A stretch of 64,000 bases of DNA. Source: an uncultured Rickettsiales bacterium (GTDB lineage Bacteria > Pseudomonadota > Alphaproteobacteria > Rickettsiales > UBA8987). How positions within the stretch are numbered: the stretch's first letter is position 1; every line of letters begins with the position of its first letter. The translations under genes were made by a program, and so were the position numbers. The notes under the pieces were generated by a model, which ran no database searches, was not told the DNA's origin, and worked only from the letters and a program-made list of their open reading frames with translations. The stretch spans positions 516,537 to 580,536 of the forward strand of contig CAYULD010000001.1 in NCBI GenBank assembly GCA_964445765.1, in the 5' to 3' direction. Shown here piece by piece: positions 42,372-52,176 of the stretch.

Positions 42372-43325
42372 TTAAGCAACTGCAACCACTTGTAAAACTC
42401 TATCAATTATATCATCATTAGAGATATTATCGGCCTCAGCCTCAAAACTTGGAAGAATTCTATGTCTCAAAACTTCATATGCAACCGCTTGCACATGATG
42501 GGGGGCAACAAATTCACTACCTTCAATATAGGCAAACGCTTTAGCACATTTCATTAACGCTATAGATGCACGAGGTGAAGCCCCAAACCTAATGAGATTT
42601 GCTAAATCTGCTGAAAAATCCGCAGGGTTTCTAGTGCAAGAAACTAATGCAACGATATATTTTTCAATTTTAGCATCAACGAAAATTTCATTTGCTAAGG
42701 CTCTAGCTTCAAGAATTTCAGGGATTGTAGTAACTGCATTTGCTTTGCTAAATTTTACTTCCGCATTTTTGCTGTTGGTTGCAAGGCGGAGGATTTCTAA
42801 CTCTTCAGAAGCTGTTGGATAGGTAATAACTGCCTTCATTAAAAATCTATCAAGCTGGGCTTCTGGCAGGCTGTATGTTCCTTCTTGATCAATCGGGTTT
42901 TGTGTGGCAACGACCATAAATAAATCAGGCAGTTTTCTAGTTTCTAAACCAACTGTAATTTGCCCTTCCCCCATTGCCTCAAGTAATGCAGATTGGACTT
43001 TTGCAGGTGCACGATTGATTTCATCAGCTAAGATAATATTGTTAAAAATTGGCCCTGCACAAAACTCAAAAGAATTTCTTTCTTTGATATAAATATCAGA
43101 GCCAGTAATGTCAGAAGGTAATAAATCAGGGGTGAATTGTATCCTCTTAAAATTAGAAGTTATCGCCTCCGCAAGATATTTTGAAGCGGTTGTTTTAGCA
43201 AGCCCCGGCATACCTTCTATCAATAAATGTCCGCCCGCAAGCAAGCAAACCAACATATTATCAATAAGGCTTTTTTGCCCTATTATTCTAGTTTCTAGGT
43301 ATTTTCTAACTTTATCTAGCTTCAT
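42372..43325 (-). CDS. MoxR-family AAA+ ATPase
   Basis: Walker A is GHLLIEGMPGLAKT; also ILADEINRAPAKVQSALLEAM and ATQNPIDQEGTYSLPEAQLDRF. Confidence 0.9.
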   Translation of the reverse strand: MKLDKVRKYLETRIIGQKSLIDNMLVCLLAGGHLLIEGMPGLAKTTASKYLAEAITSNFKRIQFTPDLLPSDITGSDIYIKERNSFEFCAGPIFNNIILADEINRAPAKVQSALLEAMGEGQITVGLETRKLPDLFMVVATQNPIDQEGTYSLPEAQLDRFLMKAVITYPTASEELEILRLATNSKNAEVKFSKANAVTTIPEILEARALANEIFVDAKIEKYIVALVSCTRNPADFSADLANLIRFGASPRASIALMKCAKAFAYIEGSEFVAPHHVQAVAYEVLRHRILPSFEAEADNISNDDIIDRVLQVVAVA

Positions 43326-43403
43326 TTGCTTTTAATTTATTTTATTTTCAATAGATTTATACCAATAGATAAAAATTTTGCAAAAAAATTAATTATTGTT
43401 TTT

Positions 43404-46400
43404 ATGCACCCACAAATTCTTGAAATTTCAAAATTTGCCTTCGCAGATGAAGATGAAATAATTTCAAATTACTTAAATCACGCCAAATTTTATAAAATAA
43501 ATCAGTCTAATATTTTTGAAAGGGCGAAAATATTTGTTGAAAATATTAGGGAAAATCTATATGGCTTCTCAATTGAAAACTTCCTTAAAGAATTTTCACT
43601 TGATACTTATGAAGGGGTTGCAATCCTCTGCTTGGCAGAGGCTCTGCTTAGAATTCCAGATAGTAAAAATGCTGATGAATTAATCAAAGATAAAATTCTA
43701 AAAGGTAATTGGAAGAAGCATCTTAAAAAAGATTCTGACTTAATGTTAAATATTTCCTCTTTCGCATTTTTACTAAGTGAGGAAGTTCTTTCACCAAGTA
43801 AAGTTGAAAATAAATTAGTCAGAAAACTAAATAATTTTTTAGAAAAAACCAGTGAGCCAATCATTCGTGAGGCTCTTAAAAAAGCCGTTGAGCTATTAGG
43901 CGGCAAATTTGTTATTGGCAATAATATTGATAAAGCCCTCAAAAAAGCTGAAGATTTATCAAAAGAAAATTATAATTTTTCATTTGATATGCTGGGGGAA
44001 GGTGCAAGAACAAAAAGCCAAGCCGAAATATATTTTAATAATTACCTAAATGGCACTAAAAATTTGATAGCAAAATGGCAGGGCAAATTATCAGAAAACA
44101 TCTTCAAAAACCCTAATATTTCTATAAAAATTTCTGCATTACACCCAAAATATGAATTACTAAAATTTGAAAAAATAAAAGAAGATTTACTTCAAAAAAT
44201 TTTACAAATTGCGGTTTTATGTAAAGAAAATAATCTCTGGCTTTCCATTGATGCTGAGGAATCTTGGCGTTTAGAAGTCTCACTTTTACTATATCTTGAG
44301 CTGATAAACCACCCTGCCCTTGCAAATTATAACGGGCTTGGTTTTGTGGTGCAGGCTTATGGAAAACGCGCCTTAAAAACTATAAAATTCTTAAATAATA
44401 TTGCAGAAAAGAAAAATATAATAATCCCCATAAGGCTTGTAAAAGGTGCTTATTGGGATAGTGAAATTAAATATTCCCAAGTTAATGGCTTAGAAAATTA
44501 CCCCGTATTTACAAGAAAATCTCATACAGATTTATCCTATTTAGTTTGTGCGGAAGAATTAATTAAATCAAAAAATATTTATCCGCAATTTGCAACTCAT
44601 AGTGCTTATTCAGTTTCAGCGATTATTGAGCTTGTTAAACATCACAAAACCGAAAGGTTTGAATTTCAAAAATTATTTGGAATGGGTGATGAATTATATA
44701 ATCAAATTATTTCAAGCTACCAATGCAGAATTTACGCTCCGGTTGGATCGTATGAAGATTTATTACCATATTTAATCAGAAGAATTTTAGAAAATGGGGC
44801 AAATAATAGTTTCATTTCTCTAGTTGCAAATAATGAAAAATCACTTGATGAAATTCTTAAATCTCCGATTGAGAAAATTGAAACAAAAAAATATACAGGA
44901 AAATTTATTCCATTGCCACAAACACTTTATAACCCTAGAAAAAACTCATCTGGCTATTGCTTTGGTAATATTATTCACACTGAAAAATTAAAATCATTTC
45001 TTGAAGCAAAAGCCGTAAATATTTTGCAGGCAAAATCTTTAATTGCTAATGAAGAAATTTCTGAAAAAACATTAAATAATGTTGATAAAGCCATTAATTT
45101 TGCAGTTCAAAATAAAAATATTTGGCAAAATTTCAGCGTTGATGAAAGATGCGATTTAATTGAAAGGCTTGCAAATCTTATTGAAGAAAATATTTCTGAA
45201 ATATTTAATATTTTAGTTTTTGAAGCGAAAAAAACTGCAAAAGATAGTATAAATGAAATTCGCGAAGCAGTTGATTTTCTTAGGTTTTACGCTAGTGAAG
45301 CCCGCAACAATTTTATTGAAACTAAAACTAGATCATATACTGGGGAGGTTACCATTACAAATTATCGTGCTAAAGGAATTTTTGTTTGTATCAGCCCTTG
45401 GAATTTCCCTTTGGCAATATTTTTAGGGCAGATTTCCGCTTGTTTAGTAGCTGGAAATCAAGTTATTGCAAAACCTGCGGAGCAAACTGAAAAAATTGCT
45501 TACTATATCTGCAAACTAGCTTTGCAAGCTGGCATTCCAAATTTTGCATTACAATTAATTTTGGGTAAAGGCAGGGAAATTGGCTCAAAACTTACCTCCT
45601 TAACTGAAATTTCTGGTGTGGTATTTACAGGCTCAACTGAAACTGCAAGAATTATTAATCAAAATCTTTCCGCTAGAAATTCATCAATTGCAACTTTTGT
45701 GGCAGAAACAGGCGGGCAAAATGCAATGATAGTTGATAGCACAATCTTACTTGAAAAAACCCTTGATGATATTATTGAAAGTGCCTTCCATTCTGCTGGG
45801 CAAAGATGTTCCGCACTTCGTGTTTGTTACCTTCAGGAAGAAATATATGATAAAATGAAAGGGCTTTTATCTGAAACAATTATTGAGCTTGAAGTTAATA
45901 ATCCGCAAGAATTTTCCACAGAAATTCCGCCGATTATTGATGAAAAAGCCAAAGAAAATTTAGTGCAACACATCAAAAATCATAAGAAAAATTATATTGA
46001 TAATTATCCAAATGAATGTTTTTTAAGGCCTGAAATTATTGAAATAAATTCTATTAACGAGCTTCAAAAAGAGAATTTTGGGGCAATATTACATATTATA
46101 AAATTCAAAAAAGAAGATACTGATAAAATTATTTCTGAGATAAACAATACTGGATACGGCCTTACATTCGGCATTCAAAGCCGTATTCAAGATTATATAA
46201 AATATGTTTGTTCAAAAATTAAAGCGGGAAATATTTATATTAATAGAAGTATGATTGGTGCAGTGGTTGAAACCCACCCTTTTGGCGGTTCTGGGCTTTC
46301 TGGCACAGGGCCAAAGGCTGGCGGCGTTAATTACATAAAACGCTTTGCGGAAGAATATACCATCACCGAAAACAATGCTGCCATTGGCGGAAATTTAGAA

Positions 46401-46412
46401 TTATTGAAATAG
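43404..46412 (+). CDS. putA: Bifunctional proline dehydrogenase / 1-pyrroline-5-carboxylate dehydrogenase
   Basis: About 1000 aa. PRODH barrel region (VRLVKGAYWDSEIK), then ALDH motifs (FTGSTETARII, ETGGQNAMIVD, AGQRCSALRV). ATG at 43404 is preferred over the TTG at 43326, which overlaps the moxR start. Confidence 0.9.
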   Translation: MHPQILEISKFAFADEDEIISNYLNHAKFYKINQSNIFERAKIFVENIRENLYGFSIENFLKEFSLDTYEGVAILCLAEALLRIPDSKNADELIKDKILKGNWKKHLKKDSDLMLNISSFAFLLSEEVLSPSKVENKLVRKLNNFLEKTSEPIIREALKKAVELLGGKFVIGNNIDKALKKAEDLSKENYNFSFDMLGEGARTKSQAEIYFNNYLNGTKNLIAKWQGKLSENIFKNPNISIKISALHPKYELLKFEKIKEDLLQKILQIAVLCKENNLWLSIDAEESWRLEVSLLLYLELINHPALANYNGLGFVVQAYGKRALKTIKFLNNIAEKKNIIIPIRLVKGAYWDSEIKYSQVNGLENYPVFTRKSHTDLSYLVCAEELIKSKNIYPQFATHSAYSVSAIIELVKHHKTERFEFQKLFGMGDELYNQIISSYQCRIYAPVGSYEDLLPYLIRRILENGANNSFISLVANNEKSLDEILKSPIEKIETKKYTGKFIPLPQTLYNPRKNSSGYCFGNIIHTEKLKSFLEAKAVNILQAKSLIANEEISEKTLNNVDKAINFAVQNKNIWQNFSVDERCDLIERLANLIEENISEIFNILVFEAKKTAKDSINEIREAVDFLRFYASEARNNFIETKTRSYTGEVTITNYRAKGIFVCISPWNFPLAIFLGQISACLVAGNQVIAKPAEQTEKIAYYICKLALQAGIPNFALQLILGKGREIGSKLTSLTEISGVVFTGSTETARIINQNLSARNSSIATFVAETGGQNAMIVDSTILLEKTLDDIIESAFHSAGQRCSALRVCYLQEEIYDKMKGLLSETIIELEVNNPQEFSTEIPPIIDEKAKENLVQHIKNHKKNYIDNYPNECFLRPEIIEINSINELQKENFGAILHIIKFKKEDTDKIISEINNTGYGLTFGIQSRIQDYIKYVCSKIKAGNIYINRSMIGAVVETHPFGGSGLSGTGPKAGGVNYIKRFAEEYTITENNAAIGGNLELLK

Positions 46413-46424
46413 ACTTTTATATAA

Positions 46425-46976
46425 TTATAAAACATCAAGCCTTAGGCTTGATTTTGTGTTAGGTAAAATTTCTTGCTCACGCAGATAAACTTTTTTTAGC
46501 TCTGTAATATTTATTCCTATTTTATCTCTAATTTCAGATAATTTTGCTTTGTTATATTTTTCAAAAGGAAATTCATAAATCTTTTCAACTTTTGATTTTT
46601 TGCCATATTCCAAACCTAAATCATAAGCCTTCATATGCCTACGAGAAAAACGATATTTTTTTGGATATAAATACATTGAAGCGGTTTTGAAAATAAACTC
46701 CTCATATTTTTTAATATCTTTGGAAGTTCCCATTGTGAAGCCAATTACAAAGGCTTCATCTTGTGGTAATAAACCTCTGCCTAAAACTATGTGAATACAA
46801 TCATGTCGCTCAAGATTTACAGCACCTTTTAACGCCAGTGGTGATTTTGGATTTTCAAATAATTTAACAATTTTACTTATATCCTCTGGGCTATTTGCAG
46901 GCAGAGTTTTTCTAACTTCTTCAAGTGTTTTATCACCATTATCTAGCTTTGGGTTCCAATCTCTATAGCTTATCAT
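46425..46976 (-). CDS. Coq4-like protein (HDxxH-x11-E motif)
   Basis: RHDCIHIVLGRGLLPQDEAFVIGF fits the Coq4-family metal motif HDxxH(x11)E. Otherwise unassigned. Confidence 0.45.
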   Translation of the reverse strand: MISYRDWNPKLDNGDKTLEEVRKTLPANSPEDISKIVKLFENPKSPLALKGAVNLERHDCIHIVLGRGLLPQDEAFVIGFTMGTSKDIKKYEEFIFKTASMYLYPKKYRFSRRHMKAYDLGLEYGKKSKVEKIYEFPFEKYNKAKLSEIRDKIGINITELKKVYLREQEILPNTKSSLRLDVL

Positions 46977-46983
46977 ATATGTC

Positions 46984-47053
46984 AGGGGTTAGTTATTAGG
47001 GGTTGGGGGTTTGGATTAAATGACGCAAGTGGTTAGTGGCACTAACCCCTAAC
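46984..47053. repeat. Degenerate heptad/hairpin element overlapping the 3' end of the ABC ATPase gene
   Basis: GGGGTTAGTTATTAGGGGTTGGGGGTTTGG...GTTAGTGGCACTAACCCCTAACC. The right part forms GTTAGTG-GC-CACTAAC and provides the last codons and TAG stop (47042-47044) of the ABC gene. Confidence 0.55.
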
Positions 47054-47965
47054 CAATGTTCTAAAAATATCTTCTAAGTTAGATTCCTCAGTTTTTATAT
47101 CTTTTATTTCTAAACCTAATTGATGAATTTGATTAATTATTTTTTCTAATTCCAACTCACTTTTTTGATAAGTAATAGAAATTGCATTACCATTATTTGT
47201 AATCTCAAAACCTTCTGGAAGTGAAGAATTTTCAACTTTATTAGCTAAATAAAAAATTATTTTTTTTACACCCAATTTTTCTTTTAGATTTTTGGTTGTG
47301 TCATTTGCAATAATTTCACCTTTATTAATCACCGCAATTTTATCGCAGAGTTGCTCTGCCTCTTCAAGATAATGCGTGGTTAATAAAATTGTTGTGCCTT
47401 CTTTGTTTAGTTTGCGAACATATTCCCAAAGCTGGCTTCTAAGTTCAACATCAACGCCGGCGGTTGGCTCATCTAAAATAATTATTGGTGGGTTATGAAC
47501 TAACGCTTTTGCAATTAAAAGCCTTCTTTTCATACCGCCTGAAAGCCTGCGAGGGTTGAAATCTTTTTTATCTTCAAGTGATAATGCTTTTAGAATTTCA
47601 TCAGTTCTTCTATTTCCTTTGCGAATTCCATAATATCCAGCGTAATATTCTAGCGTATCATAAACATTAAAAAAAGGGTCAATAACCACTTCTTGTGGCA
47701 CTATACCTAAATTAGCACGAAGTTTTTCAGGCTCTTTATCAAGGTCAATATTATTAACAAAAACCTTGCCAGAGGTTTTATTAACAAGACCCGCAATAAT
47801 ATTTATTAGCGTTGATTTGCCAGCACCATTAGGGCCAAGCAGACCAAAAATCTGCCCCTTTTCAATGTTTAATGAAATATTTTTTAAGGCTTCCTTTCTC
47901 TCCTTAGAGAATTTAGAAGTATAAGTTTTTCTTAAATCTGAAATTGATATTGCAAAATTATTCAT
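47042..47965 (-). CDS. ABC transporter ATP-binding protein (ABC-2/drug-exporter type), no adjacent permease
   Basis: Walker A is GLLGPNGAGKST, signature is LSGGMKRRL, Walker B is IIILDEPTAGVD. Confidence 0.9.
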   Translation of the reverse strand: MNNFAISISDLRKTYTSKFSKERKEALKNISLNIEKGQIFGLLGPNGAGKSTLINIIAGLVNKTSGKVFVNNIDLDKEPEKLRANLGIVPQEVVIDPFFNVYDTLEYYAGYYGIRKGNRRTDEILKALSLEDKKDFNPRRLSGGMKRRLLIAKALVHNPPIIILDEPTAGVDVELRSQLWEYVRKLNKEGTTILLTTHYLEEAEQLCDKIAVINKGEIIANDTTKNLKEKLGVKKIIFYLANKVENSSLPEGFEITNNGNAISITYQKSELELEKIINQIHQLGLEIKDIKTEESNLEDIFRTLVRG

Positions 47966-48195
47966 ACTTCATTTTTTCTAACAAAAGATTGCAATAAATT
48001 TCTAATCATAGCTTGATATGAAACATTATATTTTTGGGCTTGCTCCTTAAAAAACTCTAAAGTTTTTTTATCAAGATTAAGGGTTACCTTTTCTTTCTTT
48101 TCTATAAGTGCAAGCTCTTCAGGGCTTGGTAAAAAATCTTTAACCCTTTTGCCAAGAAATAATTTTTCATTAGTATATTTTATTTTCTTTTTCAT
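47962..48195 (-). CDS. brnA: BrnA-like antitoxin (CopG/RHH-type)
   Basis: From ATG at 48195: MKKKIKYTNEKLFLGKRVKDFLPSPEELALIEKKEKVTLNLDKKTLEFFKEQAQKYNVSYQAMIRNLLQSFV. This fits the BrnA pattern (DFLPSPEEL...VTLrLd...FK...YQt.In..L). Its stop overlaps the ABC start (ATGA). Confidence 0.65.
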   Translation of the reverse strand: MKKKIKYTNEKLFLGKRVKDFLPSPEELALIEKKEKVTLNLDKKTLEFFKEQAQKYNVSYQAMIRNLLQSFVRKNEV

Positions 48196-48316
48196 AAATT
48201 TTCTTTCCCTCTCTCCAAAAACCAGCACCAAAAATTCTAATTTTTTTGCCCCTATAAGTAAAACGAACAGTTATAATATCGTTATTTATATTTTTAGATT
48301 TATCCCACTCAAACAT
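48170..48316 (-). pseudogene. brnT: Internally deleted BrnT (DUF497) toxin remnant
   Basis: 48-codon ORF MFEWDKSKNINNDIITVRFTYRGKKIRIFGAGFWREGKKIYEKENKIY. It keeps the family N-terminus (FEWDxxKNxxN) and C-terminus (RGxxIRIxxAxxxxxxexxxY) but lacks roughly 40 central residues. It overlaps the brnA start. Confidence 0.5.
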
Positions 48317-48369
48317 AAATGCTATATTATATAAAATTACATACTTTTTGCAATATAATTATACATACT

Positions 48370-49707
48370 TTATTCTAAAAGATAATTATAAGTTCTAAAA
48401 TATTCATCTATGGCAGAAACTATTGAAGAAACAACTTTTTGTTTATGTTGAGCGGTTGCAAGCAACCTTTCTTCGTAAATATTGCTCATATAACCAAGTT
48501 CCAGTAATACTGATGGTATATCCGCACCTGTAAGCACCGCAAGGCTTGCCTCCCTATTAGATTTTGGCAGAGGTTTTGCTTTTTTACCCAAATTTTTTGC
48601 TAGAATTTTTGAAAGCTCATCTGAAATATCTTTCGTTTCGTTTTGTGAAATAAATATTAACGCCTCTTTCACATCCCTTGATTTTCCTTTCAGTGGAACA
48701 CCCCTTATAATTTCTTCATATTCAGATTTTTCTAGAAGTTTTCTTGCTTCTCTTTCAGCCCTATCTTTTGAGATTGTATAAATTGAAAAGCCCCTTACTT
48801 CTTTATTAGGGTTAGAATCTGCGTGAATAGAGATAAGAATATCCCCACCACTTCTGCGAGCAATTTTTACCCTGTCAGGAAGTGGCACAAAATTATCATT
48901 ATCTCTAGTCATTTTTACAATAAACTTTCCGGTTTTATTAAGCTCATCTCTTAATGCACGGCTATAGGCTAATACGATATTCTTTTCTTTATTTCCGAGC
49001 TTTCCAATGGCGCCGGGGTCTTTACCACCATGACCGGGATCAATCACAACCACTGCCTTCCTAGTTTTTTTAATTACTGGCTTAGTTGGAAGTGCTGAAA
49101 GGGTTATTCTATCTGCAATTTGAGGGGTAATAATTTTTTGTGGTGTAATTTTCGCAGGCGGAGTTGCAGTAATATTTTGCTGAATAATATCTGGCTTTGC
49201 TTGCTTAATATTTGAAAAACTTTCAAGCGGAACATTATGTTTGTTAATAATATCAAATACGGTTTTTCCTTCTGGATTTGAATTATTACTTATGCTTTCT
49301 TGCTGAATTTGAATATTAGTTTTTGGCTTTACTCTATCAATAATTTCCTCAGTTTTTTTGACATAATTTTGAACTCTAATTTGAGCTTTTTCTTCAACTT
49401 GTCTGTAAATTGGAAGCAAACTTGTAGGAGCAGGCAAGGATAATTTTTTTAACGCATCACTATTTATAGTTGGAGCCTTATAAACTTCCTGCTTTTTTGG
49501 CAAAACCTCTTTCACCAGAGATTTTGGAGGGTTTTTCTGAGGTTTAATTTTCTTTATAATTTTTGTTTCAACCCCTGTTTTACCAACCTCAAAAGGTGCT
49601 TTATCTTTATAGCTTTGAGTTTGTGATTGAGGCTTATTTTCTGAGGCAGAAATATAGCCAAAATTAAAAATTATAAATAAACAAAATATTTTTAATAATA
49701 ATTTCAT
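48370..49707 (-). CDS. N-acetylmuramoyl-L-alanine amidase (Amidase_3) with long Pro/Lys/Gln-rich N-terminal region
   Basis: Signal peptide; catalytic region VVVIDPGHGGKDPGA...SIHADS...ELGYMSN. Confidence 0.85.
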   Translation of the reverse strand: MKLLLKIFCLFIIFNFGYISASENKPQSQTQSYKDKAPFEVGKTGVETKIIKKIKPQKNPPKSLVKEVLPKKQEVYKAPTINSDALKKLSLPAPTSLLPIYRQVEEKAQIRVQNYVKKTEEIIDRVKPKTNIQIQQESISNNSNPEGKTVFDIINKHNVPLESFSNIKQAKPDIIQQNITATPPAKITPQKIITPQIADRITLSALPTKPVIKKTRKAVVVIDPGHGGKDPGAIGKLGNKEKNIVLAYSRALRDELNKTGKFIVKMTRDNDNFVPLPDRVKIARRSGGDILISIHADSNPNKEVRGFSIYTISKDRAEREARKLLEKSEYEEIIRGVPLKGKSRDVKEALIFISQNETKDISDELSKILAKNLGKKAKPLPKSNREASLAVLTGADIPSVLLELGYMSNIYEERLLATAQHKQKVVSSIVSAIDEYFRTYNYLLE

Positions 49708-49709
49708 AA

Positions 49710-51656
49710 CTAAATAACCCCGCTCACCAACTCTTCAATATTCTGTGCATTCAATTTTGCCGTGTTATACATATTGTAAGGCTCATCGTGATCTAAAAAT
49801 TTATCAGGCAGTACCATTGTGCGGAATTTTGTTTTATCATTTATCAAATCATTATCAGTTAGGAATTTTGCAACGAATGAGCCAAAACCGCCAATAGAGC
49901 CTTCCTCAATAGTAACAATCAATTTTGATTTTTTTGCGAATTCTGCGATTAATTTTTCATCAAGTGGTTTGGCAAATCTTGCATCAATAATTGCGGTTTT
50001 GAGATTTTTCTTTTCTAAATTTTCTGAAGCTATCTTAACTTCTTGAAGTCTTGCTCCGTAAGAAATTATTGTTACATCAAGCACTTTGTCATTCTGAGCC
50101 AAAGGCGAAGAATATGGCGAAGAATCTAGATACTTCGCTTCGCTCAGTATGACAGAAGAGTCCTTAATTATCCTGCCCTTGCCGATTTCAAGTGGCTCAA
50201 TATTTTCTGGAATTTCTATGCCCAACCCCTCACCTCTTGGAAAGCGAAACGCAATAGGTGATGAATTATGATTATTTGCAGTTACAATCATTCTTGCAAG
50301 CTCCACTTCATCAGAAGAAGCCATTAAAACAAAATTAGGCAAGCAACCAAGATAAGCAACATCAAAACTGCCGGCGTGAGTTGCACCATCAGCCCCCACA
50401 AGCCCTGCCCTATCTATCGCAAATCTCACTGGCAAATTTTGAATTGCAACATCGTGAATTACTTGATCATAAGCCCTTTGTAAAAATGTTGAATAGATTG
50501 CACAATATGGCTTAAACCCCTCAAAAGCCAAGCCCGCTGCGAATGTTACAGCGTGTTGCTCCGCAATTCCAACATCAAAAGTTCTTTCAGGAAATTCCTT
50601 ACCAAATTTATTTAAGCCTGTGCCACTTGGCATTGCTGCGGTTATTGCTAAAATTTTATCATCATTTTTTGCGAGTTTTATAAGTGTATCAGCAAAAATT
50701 TCGGTATAAGTTTTAACCGCAACGCTTGCTTTAGATTGCACTTTAGTTTCAACATCAAATTTATGAACTGCGTGAAATTTCTCTGATGAAGCCTCTGGCG
50801 ATTCAAACCCATAGCCCTTTTCTGTAACTACATGAATTAAATATGGCCTTTTATCTTTTGATTTTTTAATATTACGAAATACTGGCAATAAATGATCCAA
50901 ATTATGACCATCAAGCGGGCCTATATAATCAAAGCCCATCTCTTCAAAAAAATTGCCACCAACTACAACATCTTTGGCAATTTGCTCAGTTTTTTTAACG
51001 GCTCTTTCAAAATAATTTGGCAGATGTTTTACTGCCTTCAAAGCAAAATTTCTAAAAGCATTATAAGCACGCCCTGAAATTAATTTTGCTAAATAAGCAC
51101 GCATTGCCCCTGTTGGCGGTGCGATAGACATATCATTATCATTCAAAATTACGATTAATTTTGAATTACTATCACCTGCGTTATTAAGGGCTTCATAAGC
51201 CATTCCGGCACTCATTGCACCATCACCGATAACGGCAATTACTTCATTATCTTTATTATTTTTATCTCTAGCAACTGCCATACCAAGTGCTGCAGAAATT
51301 GAAGTGGAGCTATGCCCTGCACCGAATGGGTCATATTCACTTTCGCTAGATTTTGTAAAGCCAGAAAGCCCACCAGCCTTACGGAGTGTGTGCATTCTAT
51401 CTTTTCTGCCTGTAAGAATTTTATGCGGATAAGCCTGATGCCCAACATCCCAAATCAGTCTATCTTCAGGGGTATTAAAAACATTATGAATAGCCACCGT
51501 AAGCTCAACCACGCCAAGCCCTGCCCCCAAATGCCCACCAGTTTTAGAAACTGCCTCAATAGTTGCTTGGCGAAGCTCACCAGCTAATTGCTTCAATTCA
51601 TCATCAGAGAAATTTTTTATATCAGATGGAAAATTTACTTTGCTTAAAAGGCTCAT
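49710..51656 (-). CDS. dxs: 1-deoxy-D-xylulose-5-phosphate synthase, carrying an in-frame repeat-derived insertion
   Basis: Contains [18 protein letters not shown], the TPP motif [18 protein letters not shown], and [14 protein letters not shown]. The extra segment [27 protein letters not shown] is encoded by 50087-50154. Confidence 0.95.
   Translation of the reverse strand: MSLLSKVNFPSDIKNFSDDELKQLAGELRQATIEAVSKTGGHLGAGLGVVELTVAIHNVFNTPEDRLIWDVGHQAYPHKILTGRKDRMHTLRKAGGLSGFTKSSESEYDPFGAGHSSTSISAALGMAVARDKNNKDNEVIAVIGDGAMSAGMAYEALNNAGDSNSKLIVILNDNDMSIAPPTGAMRAYLAKLISGRAYNAFRNFALKAVKHLPNYFERAVKKTEQIAKDVVVGGNFFEEMGFDYIGPLDGHNLDHLLPVFRNIKKSKDKRPYLIHVVTEKGYGFESPEASSEKFHAVHKFDVETKVQSKASVAVKTYTEIFADTLIKLAKNDDKILAITAAMPSGTGLNKFGKEFPERTFDVGIAEQHAVTFAAGLAFEGFKPYCAIYSTFLQRAYDQVIHDVAIQNLPVRFAIDRAGLVGADGATHAGSFDVAYLGCLPNFVLMASSDEVELARMIVTANNHNSSPIAFRFPRGEGLGIEIPENIEPLEIGKGRIIKDSSVILSEAKYLDSSPYSSPLAQNDKVLDVTIISYGARLQEVKIASENLEKKNLKTAIIDARFAKPLDEKLIAEFAKKSKLIVTIEEGSIGGFGSFVAKFLTDNDLINDKTKFRTMVLPDKFLDHDEPYNMYNTAKLNAQNIEELVSGVI
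50087..50154. repeat. TGTCAT...ATGACA palindromic element inside the dxs CDS
   Basis: TGTCATTCTGAGCCAAAGGCGAAGAATATGGCGAAGAATCTAGATACTTCGCTTCGCTCAGTATGACA has the same termini and GAGCGAAGCGAAGAATCTAG-type core as the intergenic copies. Confidence 0.8.
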
Positions 51657-51790
51657 TAAAAAACTAATATTTTTTCAGCCTAAAAATATATCTTAATAAG
51701 AATTTATCAACTGAGTAATTTATTAATAAATATTATTATTTAATTAAAATTATATAGGTCTAATTTTTGTTTATTGCTTGTATTAAGAAA

Positions 51791-51858
51791 TGTCATCCTG
51801 ATCCCAGAGCGAAGCGAAGGGAAAGGATCTTAGATTCTTCGCTATGCTCAGAATGACA
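51791..51858. repeat. TGTCAT...ATGACA palindromic element (upstream of dxs)
   Basis: TGTCATCCTGATCCCAGAGCGAAGCGAAGGGAAAGGATCTTAGATTCTTCGCTATGCTCAGAATGACA. Confidence 0.8.
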
Positions 51859-51870
51859 AAAAAGCAATAT

Positions 51871-52146
51871 TTATCTCATTCTGCCTCTAGAGATTGGCCT
51901 TCTTTCATAAACGCCAGTTTTTGCGTTATATTTATAGTCAATATCTGGATATTTTCTAGTTTTGTTAAAAATATAGCCTACATTATTTTTGCGATAAATT
52001 TCACATCTTCTTTTTTCTACAGAACTTCTAGCTTGAAAGCATAAAGCATTTTTATGCCTTATATTATTGCGGTGAAATTCGCACGCAAAGCCAGCATTAG
52101 CGATAAAAATTAAAGTTAAAAAAGAAATTATAAAAATTTTTTTCAT
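51871..52146 (-). CDS. Hypothetical small basic secreted protein (91 aa)
   Basis: Signal peptide MKKIFIISFLTLIFIANAGFA. The mature part is Arg/Lys/Asn-rich with 3 Cys; no known motif. Confidence 0.4.
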   Translation of the reverse strand: MKKIFIISFLTLIFIANAGFACEFHRNNIRHKNALCFQARSSVEKRRCEIYRKNNVGYIFNKTRKYPDIDYKYNAKTGVYERRPISRGRMR

Positions 52147-52176
52147 AGTATTTTATTTTGGTTTAATAAAAAATAT

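Noticed and set aside
43326-43403. TTG start extending putA by 26 codons
   Set aside because: The extension (MLLIYFIFNRFIPIDKNFAKKLIIVF) overlaps the moxR start and looks like translated AT-rich intergenic DNA. ATG at 43404 (MHPQILEISKF) is the more plausible start.
51844-52044. 66-aa + strand ORF starting MLRMTKKQ
   Set aside because: Its start is generated by the palindromic repeat (…GCTCAGAATGACA), and it runs antisense to the better-supported signal-peptide ORF 51871..52146.
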